A stretch of DNA of 64,000 nucleotides from the IMG/VR virus record IMGVR_UViG_3300049172_000088, positions 1 through 64,000 of that record; one strand, written 5' to 3'. Of the stretch, positions 39,159 through 47,636 are shown one piece after another. The notes beneath the pieces were generated by a model. That model was not told the DNA's origin and did not search any database. It saw only the letters and a list, made by a program, of their open reading frames with translations. This stretch comes from a virus (lineage: Duplodnaviria; Caudoviricetes). The translations under genes and the position numbers were made by a program. Each line of letters opens with the position of its first letter. Positions within the stretch are counted from its first letter, which is position 1.

Positions 39159-39577
39159 GCCGCGTCCTCACCGACGTCGCGGCGGACCATGGCGTAGAAC
39201 TCGGAGAACTGCTCGTAGCGACGCCGGAGGGCCTTCCATTCGCGCTCCATGTCCTTGAGCAGGAGCTGCGCCGTGAACGGGTCCGTGGTCACCTTGTCCA
39301 CGGGCTCGTACACGTGGCCCTTCTCCGACCGAACGGCGTGGAACGCGCGCACGCTCTGCTCGGGGTTCTTCTCGTCGGCCTCGCGGTAGACGATCCGAAC
39401 CGACCGGATGAGCTGGTGCGCCTGCTCGCGTCGCCACGCCTCGCCGGCGACCGCGTCGTTCCACTCGAACCGGTCGTGCAGCGGGTGCTGCTCGTCGCGA
39501 GCTTCGTCCACCACCAGGGCGGGCGTGAGCTGCGCGTGCCGGTCGTAGATGGCCTGGAGCTGCTCTCGGAGACTCAC
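39155..39577 (-). CDS. Accessory protein coupled to the RAMP-like gene
   Basis: 140 aa; LTPALVVDEARDEQHPLHDRFEWND..AGEAWRREQAHQLIRSVRI; GTGA overlap with the upstream gene. Confidence 0.8.
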   Translation of the reverse strand: MSLREQLQAIYDRHAQLTPALVVDEARDEQHPLHDRFEWNDAVAGEAWRREQAHQLIRSVRIVYREADEKNPEQSVRAFHAVRSEKGHVYEPVDKVTTDPFTAQLLLKDMEREWKALRRRYEQFSEFYAMVRRDVGEDAA

Positions 39578-40206
39578 GAGCTGAGGACCTCCACTTCGCG
39601 GGTCGGGTCGATCTTGTAGGTGCCGAAGTCGCCGTCCCGCTCCGGCCGCCACTCGCCGACGCCGACGCCCATGCCGCCAGCGTCGATCAGCGACAGGACA
39701 GAGCCGCGGGTGAGGGCGGAGGTGACGTAGGTGACTTCCAGGACGGCGGACCACTCGCGGAACTCGGGCCGGTACCTGAGGTCGGTGCCGCCGCGGCCGA
39801 CGGTGACGACGTCCTCGCGCATCTGGGCCTCGCCGTCGATGCGGGTGAGGGCGCGGCCGTCGTCGCCGACCTCGCCGCCGAAGAACAGGAACTGCTTGAG
39901 GGCGGTCATGGTGACGCCGGAGTAGAAGCGGGCGCCGCCGATGGTGGCGGCCTTGAACGCGATCGACGGGAAGCCGGGCGAACCGTCCTTGAGCCGGTAG
40001 TAGGCGGCCTCGTACTCGGCGTGCGGGTCCTTCGGCTGCTTGGGCGACTTGCGGCCCTGCATCGCGTCGAGCATGGCCTTTTTGGCCTTTTCGGAGAATC
40101 TGTGGACGATCAGAGGCGTTGTGCCCACGATCGGGACAGAGATCGTTTCCGCCGCGATCCGGTCAATCTGGACGATCGCGTCGTCCGACTTTCGGGCAGC
40201 ACACAT
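39574..40206 (-). CDS. Cas7/RAMP-like protein (Vipr-like)
   Basis: 210 aa from ATG 40206 with a GAAAGG RBS. Has a beta strand + G.TPL start (IVGTTPLIVH), GFPSIAFKAA, LRYRPEF..W, and a C-terminal Gly-rich loop (GGMGVGVGEWRPERDGDFGTY) as in RAMP proteins. Confidence 0.8.
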   Translation of the reverse strand: MCAARKSDDAIVQIDRIAAETISVPIVGTTPLIVHRFSEKAKKAMLDAMQGRKSPKQPKDPHAEYEAAYYRLKDGSPGFPSIAFKAATIGGARFYSGVTMTALKQFLFFGGEVGDDGRALTRIDGEAQMREDVVTVGRGGTDLRYRPEFREWSAVLEVTYVTSALTRGSVLSLIDAGGMGVGVGEWRPERDGDFGTYKIDPTREVEVLSS

Positions 40207-40238
40207 TGCGCTAACCTTTCGATGAGAAGTGAGTGATG

Positions 40239-40270
40239 GGGTCCGGACGCCGTGCAGGGCGACCGGACCC
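40239..40270 (-). terminator. Hairpin between the array and the RAMP-like gene (terminator or processing site)
   Basis: GGGTCCGG (40239-40246) pairs with CCGGACCC (40263-40270). Confidence 0.5.
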
Positions 40271-40282
40271 TTCTTCATGCGT

Positions 40283-41323
40283 GGGCCGCGCCTGCCATGA
40301 CGGGCCATGCCGAGACGTGCGGAGCCGCAACAGGACGAACCGCGCCTGCCCTGCCAAACCCAGCCGTGCCTAGTCCCGCCGTGACATGCCGGACCGCACC
40401 ACACCGAGCCATTCCTGCCACGCCAAGCGACGCCAAGACCCGCCCTGACAAGACGAGCCGTGCCGAGCCATGCCTGCCGTGCCGCGCGATGCTGTGACGG
40501 ACCTAGACGGACCGCGCCAAGACCCGACTGCCGGGCCACGCCTTGACTAGCCGAGACCAGACCCGCCATGTCCTGCCTGCCGTGCCATGCGGAACCTAGC
40601 CGGGACACACCACAACAAGCCCCGCCTTGCCGCGCCTGACAAGCCGGGCCGCACCATGCGGAGCCGAGCGGAGACTTGCCACGCCACACCGTGCCTGCCG
40701 GACCTGGCCATGACTGGCCGCGCCTCGCCGGACCTCGCCTCGCCACGCCTGCCGAACCACGCCGTGCCCGAACGTGACAAGCCCTGCACAGAACAACCGC
40801 GCCTGCCACGCCAAGCCACGCCAAGCCCGACCGGGACCTGACTGGACATGCCGCGCCATGCCATGACTGCCAAAGCTGGCCGTACGGCGCCACGCCGTGA
40901 CTAGCCCTGACCCGCCAAACCGGGCCTGCCGAACCGTGCGATGCCGAACCAAGCCCGGACACGCCCCGCCGAACCCCGCCTGCCACGCGAAGCCATGACC
41001 AGCCGCGCCGCGACGAGCCCTGCGAAGCCATGCCTGCCAAGCCAGGCCACACCCTGCCTGGCCGAACCGCGACCTGCCACTCCGCGCCTGCCAAGACAAG
41101 CCAAGCCCCGCCGAGCCGAGACCCGCCGGACCGAACCACGCCTGCCATGACGGGCCAAGCCGTGACCTGCCGGGACTTGCCCAGCCTTGCCTGCCTCGCC
41201 ATGCCTGAACTAGCCCAGCCCGAACATGCCCCACCCCGCCAGGACTGCCTCACCACACCAAGCGGAACCCCGCCGAGCCCGGCCACATCTCGCCTGGACC
41301 GGCCAAGCCTGACCATGCCTGCC
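40283..41323 (-). repeat. Pentamer-repeat guide array: 18 units of 9-14 x (GGY/GTC)NN with GGCA separators
   Basis: Parsed by hand: 191 pentamers + 18 tetramers = 1027 bp, exactly 40297-41323. One more GGCA and 2 pentamers lie at 40283-40296. Confidence 0.93.
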
Positions 41324-41445
41324 ACGTTGATCGTCAGAAGGCTCTTCCTGGCGTTGCAGTTGCGGCACCGGCCGCGCCAGCTCTCGTTCGAGGAGTAGCA
41401 CTTGCCACAGGTCCACGGCGGCTGCTTCGGCGGCTGCGGCGTCAC
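41324..41445 (-). CDS. RanBP2-like zinc-finger ORF 5' segment reading into the array
   Basis: WTCGKCYSSNESWRGRCRNCNARK; GTGA overlap with cro; the frame stays open through the array. Confidence 0.5.
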
Positions 41446-41714
41446 GCTGCACCCGCCTCAGCCTGGGTCTCCTCCGCCGGCTCCCCGTAGGGATTCGCGA
41501 GGATGGCGCGGCGGTCGGTGATGCCCAGTGCCCGCAGCATCGCGGTGAAGACCGTGGGGCTTACGTGGGTCCGGCTCCCCAGTTCGACGTGGGCCAGGTA
41601 GGCCCTGCTAATTCCGATGAGGTCGGCGCACGCCTGGGTTTTGATCCCGCTGCGTACTCGGATCTCTCGGAACGCGGGTCCGTTGACCGCGACCATCGTG
41701 GGGGTTCTGGGCAT
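41442..41714 (-). CDS. Cro-like XRE HTH regulator
   Basis: FREIRVRSGIKTQACADLIGISRAYLAHVELG; divergent from the repressor. Confidence 0.85.
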   Translation of the reverse strand: MPRTPTMVAVNGPAFREIRVRSGIKTQACADLIGISRAYLAHVELGSRTHVSPTVFTAMLRALGITDRRAILANPYGEPAEETQAEAGAA

Positions 41715-41891
41715 GCCAGAAGTTTAGGCACAGCTTGCCACAGCTTTCAACAGCTTCCTCTAGAAACATTTATAGCTGTGCCATGTGGCGGCAAGGTAAG
41801 GGTTTTGTGGCATGCATCAGGGCTTATGTCTCACTGGGTAAGTCTGGAGATGTGCTTACCTGTGTCAGGGTGTGTCTGTCATGCTGTCTCC
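41715..41891. promoter_or_regulatory. Lysis/lysogeny divergent promoter-operator region
   Basis: AT-rich; ACAGCTT three times at an exact 10-bp period (41730, 41740, 41750); inverted AGCTGTGC at 41774-41781. Confidence 0.7.
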
Positions 41892-42380
41892 ATGGACAGA
41901 GAGACAGCCCGACAGGCGCTCGCCGAACGAGTGCGCCGCAGGCGACTCGCTCTCGGTTGGTCCATCGACGAAGCCGCCGAACGGGGCAGCATGAGCCCCA
42001 CCACGTGGACACGCGTCGAAGAGGCCAAGAAGGTACGCGACCTCACCTACGCAGGCATCGAACGCGCGCTCGGCTGGCAGCCCGGCAGCGTCGACCAGAT
42101 CGCCGAAGGAGGCGAGGCAAAGGAGGCGGAAGGCCTCCAAGGCATCGTCCGCTTCACCGGAGAGCAAGCCCTTCAGGTCGCCAGGCAGCTACCGCCGGCC
42201 GCGCTTCACGAGATCCTCTCGGAGCAGATCGATCCCCAGCTCCGGAAAATCATCGACTCCTGGTCGCTGCTACAGCCGTGGCAGCGGAACATGGTGCACG
42301 GCGTGCTGGAGCAGATTCTCAGCCAATCCCCCGAAACGGCAGGTAAACCGACACGAACCGAGGAGCGTCGCACAGGGTAA
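41892..42380 (+). CDS. Immunity repressor (XRE HTH)
   Basis: LAERVRRRRLALGWSIDEAAERGSMSPTTWTRVE...IERALGWQPGS. Confidence 0.85.
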   Translation: MDRETARQALAERVRRRRLALGWSIDEAAERGSMSPTTWTRVEEAKKVRDLTYAGIERALGWQPGSVDQIAEGGEAKEAEGLQGIVRFTGEQALQVARQLPPAALHEILSEQIDPQLRKIIDSWSLLQPWQRNMVHGVLEQILSQSPETAGKPTRTEERRTG

Positions 42381-42430
42381 CAAACACGTCACAACTGCAT
42401 GCGAGGGCTGGAAAGTGACGCCCGTGGAGC

Positions 42431-42922
42431 GTGCTATGGATGCCGACGCCTGGGACGCACACCACCTCAACGGGGAGGCGCACAGCACCCATGCAACACA
42501 GGCACCAAGGGCCCGCGGGGGTCGGGCTCACAGCAGAACAGCTCGCCACCACCATCCAGCAGCGCGCACGTCGCGCCGCCACGGCCGCCCTCTGGGTCAG
42601 CCGGGCGACCGGACTGGTGGAGCAGCTGCAGGCCGAGAACGCCGACCTGCGCCAGGAAGTCATCTACTACCAGCGCTGGGCGGCGTCCACCATCGGCCTC
42701 CAAACGAACGAGACACCGCCGCAGCACTACGTCGAAGCGCTACGACGCGCTCAGCCTGAGCCGTACAGGAGCGTCAACGTCGACGTCGACGGCCAGCCCT
42801 ACAGCGCCGCCCTGGGCCAGCACCCCGAGACGGCGCCGGACCCCCTACGCGAGCTGGCCTGCTGGCAGGCTCTGGTGACGGCCGTACGGGCAACCCGCGC
42901 CGCCCTGGCAGCCGAGGCATGA
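42431..42922 (+). CDS. Hypothetical protein in the repressor operon
   Basis: Coiled-coil LVEQLQAENADLRQE; start uncertain; overlaps the next gene. Confidence 0.5.
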   Translation: MLWMPTPGTHTTSTGRRTAPMQHRHQGPAGVGLTAEQLATTIQQRARRAATAALWVSRATGLVEQLQAENADLRQEVIYYQRWAASTIGLQTNETPPQHYVEALRRAQPEPYRSVNVDVDGQPYSAALGQHPETAPDPLRELACWQALVTAVRATRAALAAEA

Positions 42923-43749
42923 TCGCCCGACTGCCCCGGATCGTCTACCAGGACTTAGCCGACAATCAGGAGTACATTCTCGGCGAAACCGACGACGGCC
43001 GGCCGCTCATCATCATCTCCGCCGCACTCGACGAGCCAGGCCGCAAGAGGGCCCGCAGGGCCGCGATGGCCGAGTTACGGCACCGCCGCGGAATGGCCGC
43101 AGGCCTGCTTTTACTCATCACCGGGGCCGCCGCCGCTACGTCTGAGCGGGTCCAGGGATGGCTACGCACTCCGTTCGGTGCCGCCGTCGCCGCCAGCGCG
43201 ATGACCGGCGTGGTAGCAGTCGGCGTCACCGAGATAAGGCGAGTCGAACCACCCACGGCCGCACCGCCGCCAGTCGTGGTCACCGTCCGAGAGGTTCCCC
43301 CGCCGGCCGCCTCCAGCACCCGCTCCCCCATCCCGTCGGAGCGGTCCACCCGCACGCAACCTCCCGAGCCTCCCGCCGACGCCCGCGGCGACCCAGGAGG
43401 CGAGCTGCCCGCCAGGCCGACTCCGGCCGCTACCCCTCCACGAGCGGACGACCCGCCCACAAGGCAGTCGTCACGCACGCCCTCGCGCACAGCACCGGCC
43501 AGCATGCCAGTCGCCTCCGAGTCCGAGGTGGAGGAGAGCACCAACGAGTCGACCGCCACTCCATCCAGCCCGCCACCCGCGGCCGACGACGAGGCTACGA
43601 CACAGGCCACAGACGATCAGCCGGACACCCCGCCGGCCACGAGTGCGCCACCGCCATCGCCCGCCGCTATCCCTGACGACTGCGATGGGATTGGGCTAGA
43701 CGTGGAGATCGACCCGCTGCTTGGAGTGAACGCCTGCCTGCTCGGGTGA
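42919..43749 (+). CDS. Membrane protein with a Pro/Thr-rich extracellular tail; three TTA codons
   Basis: Two hydrophobic segments and a long P/T/S-rich region; in-frame TTA at 42955, 43075 and 43111. Confidence 0.7.
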   Translation: MIARLPRIVYQDLADNQEYILGETDDGRPLIIISAALDEPGRKRARRAAMAELRHRRGMAAGLLLLITGAAAATSERVQGWLRTPFGAAVAASAMTGVVAVGVTEIRRVEPPTAAPPPVVVTVREVPPPAASSTRSPIPSERSTRTQPPEPPADARGDPGGELPARPTPAATPPRADDPPTRQSSRTPSRTAPASMPVASESEVEESTNESTATPSSPPPAADDEATTQATDDQPDTPPATSAPPPSPAAIPDDCDGIGLDVEIDPLLGVNACLLG

Positions 43750-45174
43750 CAAGGGAAGCGGGATGAGGTCGACGCTGGCCGGGTCGAAGCCGGGCCCGCG
43801 CTTCGTCTGCGGGAGGATGATCACGCGGTAGAGGGCCCGGACGGTGTCGGCGCGCACGTCGATCGGGGTGGCGTCCCACTGCTCGCGGGTGATGCCCGCC
43901 ATGCGGACCAAGAGCCGCTGGCGGGCATTCTCCACGTGCCGGTTCCGCAACTCGGTGATCTTCTTGTCGAACGAGGCGATGGACGCGGCCACGTCGGCGA
44001 CGTCGAGGCCGGGATGGTCGGCGAGGTTCCGTAGGGTCTGTTTCGTGTCGGCCTTGCGCCGCTCCAGGGCGACGATCTCGGCCGCCACGCCTGGCTCCGG
44101 CCCGAGGACCATCGACAGCAGGTCTGGGTCTTGCAGCCGTCGCAGTACTCGCCCCGTCACATACTCGTCGAGGTGGACGAGGCTCCGGGACACCTTCTTG
44201 GAGCACTCCGGGTTGTTGCAGTGGTAGAGCCGCATATCCTTGCGGCCGCGACGGCCGTTGGCGGGCTTCGTCCGGACGCCGACGCTGCAGGAGACGCACT
44301 CGGCGACGCCGCTGAGGAGGTAGATGCGTTCCTTGCCGTAGGCGTGGGCGCCGTTCTCCTCGAGGAGGCCCTTCAGGGTCTCCCACTCCTCACGGGATGC
44401 AGCGGCAGGCCAGATGGCCGGGACAAGCTGGCCGTTGCGCTGGATGAGGCCGGCGATCCTCGGCGACCGGATGATCTTCTTGAAGACGACCGCCCGCCAT
44501 CGGCCGCCCTCAGTCGTGGTGGACACGGAGTTCAGCCAGCGGATCACTCCGGCCAAGCTCTGCCCTCCGAGCAGGCGCTGGAGTCCGTCGCACAGGATCG
44601 GGAACTCGGTGGGATGGGCCTGGTTCGTGTCGTAGATCGGCTTTCCGCTGATGCCCGTCTTGCCGGTGGGCACGCCGTAGCCGAAGGGCCGCTTCCCGCC
44701 GCTCCAGGCCTCCCCCTTGGCTGCCTTGGCGTCCACGCCGCGTTTCACCCGGCGCGAGGTGCTCGCCGACGACTTGCACGCCTGCGCGACCTCGATGCGC
44801 AGGATGAAGCGATCGTCTTCGCTGGCGAGGTCACGCACGCCCTGGGGGGACGCGAGCGCGATCGATCGGTCGTCGGCGAGCTTGAGTAGCTTCTCCAGGT
44901 CCCATGGCTGCCGGATCAGGCGGTCGCCGTGCCAGACGAGCACGCCGTCCACCTCACCGCGCTCGATTGCGTCGAGGAGCCTGTCCCAGGCCGGCCTCTT
45001 GCGGTTACGCTGCCAGGCAGAGCGGGAGTTGTCCTTGTAGATGTGGCGTTCGTCGATGGGCCAGGCGAGGCGGTCGGCAAGCTGGCGGCAGTCCTCCTCT
45101 TGCCGCTCAACCTTCTCCACTGATCCATCGGGCGCGTAGCTGAGCCTGCAGTAGATCGCAGCGGATTTCGGCAT
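43696..45174 (-). CDS. int: Large serine recombinase (integrase)
   Basis: AAIYCRLS (catalytic Ser), YKDNSRSAW, DRLIR, recombinase domain, and a zinc ribbon (LLSGVAECVSC...YHC). Confidence 0.95.
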   Translation of the reverse strand: MPKSAAIYCRLSYAPDGSVEKVERQEEDCRQLADRLAWPIDERHIYKDNSRSAWQRNRKRPAWDRLLDAIERGEVDGVLVWHGDRLIRQPWDLEKLLKLADDRSIALASPQGVRDLASEDDRFILRIEVAQACKSSASTSRRVKRGVDAKAAKGEAWSGGKRPFGYGVPTGKTGISGKPIYDTNQAHPTEFPILCDGLQRLLGGQSLAGVIRWLNSVSTTTEGGRWRAVVFKKIIRSPRIAGLIQRNGQLVPAIWPAAASREEWETLKGLLEENGAHAYGKERIYLLSGVAECVSCSVGVRTKPANGRRGRKDMRLYHCNNPECSKKVSRSLVHLDEYVTGRVLRRLQDPDLLSMVLGPEPGVAAEIVALERRKADTKQTLRNLADHPGLDVADVAASIASFDKKITELRNRHVENARQRLLVRMAGITREQWDATPIDVRADTVRALYRVIILPQTKRGPGFDPASVDLIPLPLSPEQAGVHSKQRVDLHV

Positions 45175-45240
45175 GAAGCAAGTATAGGTGTTTGCTTGAC
45201 ATTCAGCGGACTGAATGTCTCAATGACACCAACACTCTTT
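45175..45240. promoter_or_regulatory. Leaderless int promoter and 9-bp inverted repeat (attP or operator candidate)
   Basis: TATACT 6 nt upstream of the int ATG (minus strand); GACATTCAG-CGGA-CTGAATGTC at 45198-45219. Confidence 0.5.
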
Positions 45241-45260
45241 GTCGGTCAGAGAGGCATCCG

Positions 45261-46542
45261 ATGCCCCCCGTCTCCGCCTTCCCCGCATCGCTCCAGCACG
45301 CGACCATGGGCTCGTATCCAACTATGGAGCGTCCTGTGCGAGTCCGTATCCATATCACCGAGGGTCAGCGCCGCGCGCTGATCGCGGTGCTCGACCGCTG
45401 CCCCGAGGAGCGCGTCAAGGTCGGCACCTTTACCGTCCAGTTCGACCTCGACGACCCTCGCGGCTGGTTGGAAGCCCGGCTCGCCGAGTGGCCGCGTGGC
45501 GCGTTCCCGCGGGCCAGCCTGCACGGTGTCCTGCGGTCGCTCCGTTCGGCGATCCAGGGTCAGGCTGAGCCTGACCTCCGTTCGGCCGTCCTCCGGCGCG
45601 CCGCCGCCCTCGTCCGGTCCGGTGAGGAGCTGCGGGCCGGGAACGCCGTCCTGGCCGCTGTCGCCCAGGTGGCGCCTGCGGGGCAGGCGAGGGATGGTCT
45701 GGCGATGCGCGCGATCCGCGCCGTCGCCGAGCTCTTGTCGCTGACCCCGGCCGAGAGCCCGCTGACCGCGTTCGCGTGGTGGGACCAGGACAACGGCCGC
45801 GCCGACGTCGCCGAGGCGCTGGAGGCCACCGCCGCGGCCCTCGCCAGCGAGGAGGCGGGGTCATGACCGAGATCACCCGCGCCGACTTCGGCGAGTGGGA
45901 CTGGGAGACGATCACCGAGTCCTTCTATCCGGTGATGGCCCAGATCCAGGACATCCACCACCACCGCATGGCGGGCTACGAGTGGACGCCGTACATCGAG
46001 CGCGGTGACGTGACCGCGCTGATCGACGAGTGCCGCGGCATCCTGGAGCAGTTGGAGAAGCCGATCAAGGAGGCCCGGCGCGCACTGGCCCGCATCGAGG
46101 GCGGGGCACGACTCCGCGCCGTCCGACGGGAGAAGGCGCTCCAGGACTTCAGGGACGTGACTCCATGAGTCGCCGCCGCGACCACGTGACCGAGCCCGCC
46201 GAGCTCGCGGCCGGGCTGTCCCGCTTCTTCAAGCGGCTGGAGGACCACGCTGCCGGGGACCCGGCCAACCTGGTGCTAATCGACGAGCTGATGGAGGACC
46301 TGCGCCGGACCAAGCTGCGCGCGATCGCCCGGGCCGCCCGGTCGGCGAAGGAGGGCGGCGACTACACGCTGGGCGAGATCGTCGCGATCCTCGGCATCCG
46401 GAAGCAGAGCGTCCACGAGCTGATCCAGAAGGGCCGCGCGCTGCTGGAGGCTCAGCGGGTCCGGCTCGGTGTCGTGAGTCTGCGGGAGCGCCGCCGGGAG
46501 CGTCTGGAGGCCGCCGGGGTTCCGGAGCGGCGCGCGTCGTAG
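45261..46542 (+). CDS. Three-gene plus-strand operon (45261-45866 DUF6197-like, 45863-46168, 46165-46542 HTH)
   Basis: ATGA-type overlaps; WWDQDNGRADVAEAL; YTLGEIVAILGIRKQSVHELI HTH. Confidence 0.6.
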
Positions 46543-46908
46543 GTAGAGGATCTTTCTACTCGGGGGAAGGATCTTCTACCGGAAATCACAATTTGGGACG
46601 CTCGTACCGTTGTCTGCAGCGTTGTAACGGAGTTACCCTCGCATTTCGGCCGCACCACAAAGTGCGCCGCACGGCCAGGCGGTCCGGCGCGTCCCAGGTG
46701 CCCAGCCCTGGCCGTGCGGTCCCTGAAGTGTGGCACCTACCCCGCCACGCCGCGAGTCGCCTCGGCGAACTCCTCGCGCAGCGCCTCCCGCGGGAGCAGG
46801 GCCGACCGGCGAAGCGCCCGCGCCCTCTTCATGTCGCCCCTTGACGTCGACCGCTCGCCATCGGACGATCGGGAGCGCGCAACATTCCGCAACTACACAG
46901 GAGCGAGC

Positions 46909-47112
46909 ATGCGCCTCACGTTCGTCGCCAAGGACCCTGAGAGCAACCCGACTCAGTCGCCGACGCTCTACCGGACAGACCGGGGCAGCTGGGTCGTGCA
47001 GGGGTGGGTCATCACCGACGCCGACGCTCTCCGCCAGATGAACATCCCCGAGGGCGAGACCGCCGTCGAGATCCCTGACCGGCTCGTCCCGTTCTTCCAG
47101 GACGGGGCATGA
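46909..47112 (+). CDS. Small conserved actinobacterial protein preceding DUF6879
   Basis: MRLTFVAKDPES...SPTLY.TDRGS.VVQGW.ITD...IPEGETAVEIP. Confidence 0.75.
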   Translation: MRLTFVAKDPESNPTQSPTLYRTDRGSWVVQGWVITDADALRQMNIPEGETAVEIPDRLVPFFQDGA

Positions 47113-47636
47113 TCGTCTCTGACGATGAGTTCGAGAGGCTGCTCGGCAGCTTCCAGCGCGAGGCCGTCCACCTGGAGACACGCGACGCCTACGGCACGGC
47201 TGTCGAGCTGCCACACATGGCGAAGTGGGAGGCCGGCGAGCCGGATGACCTCGACTGGCTCCAGGACTGGTGCGCGACACTCCGCGAGCACACCGCCGCC
47301 GGCCGGTCCGTACGCCGTGCACGGATCGTCTCAGAGCCACTCAGCGACTACCAGCGCTGGTCCCACAGCATCGCCCACCCGATGGTCGAGGCCGGCGAAG
47401 ACATTCGCTGGGTACCGCGTCACCGGCTCACCGGCCAGGGCCGCGTCCTCCTGATCCCCGCGAACGATTTCTACGTCTTCGACGGGCGCGTGGTCGTGTT
47501 TCTCATCTACGCAGGGAACGGCCTCGTTCGCGAGATGATCAGCTCCACCGATCCCGGCGACATCACGGCCTGCGAGGAAGCGTTCGTCGACGTCTGGAAG
47601 CACGCCATCCCCCACCGTGACTACTCGCCCACCTAG
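47109..47636 (+). CDS. DUF6879 family protein
   Basis: FQREAVHLETRDAY...W...G.SVRRARIVSEPLSDYQRW...GEDIRWVPR...DFYVFD. Confidence 0.85.
   Translation: MIVSDDEFERLLGSFQREAVHLETRDAYGTAVELPHMAKWEAGEPDDLDWLQDWCATLREHTAAGRSVRRARIVSEPLSDYQRWSHSIAHPMVEAGEDIRWVPRHRLTGQGRVLLIPANDFYVFDGRVVVFLIYAGNGLVREMISSTDPGDITACEEAFVDVWKHAIPHRDYSPT

Noticed and set aside
40283-41323. CRISPR array or simple microsatellite
   Set aside because: There are no 25-45 bp identical repeats with unique spacers and no cas1/cas2. The variation is confined to every 4th-5th base, unlike slippage repeats.
40297-41323. Self-targets of the 18 main-array units within this window
   Set aside because: Manual comparison with window proteins gave only weak partial matches (about half of positions). 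An exhaustive gapped search was not possible by hand.
40547-41398. Repeat-protein ORFs overlapping the array in several frames
   Set aside because: Their low-complexity translations are by-products of the 5-nt period, which is not a multiple of 3.
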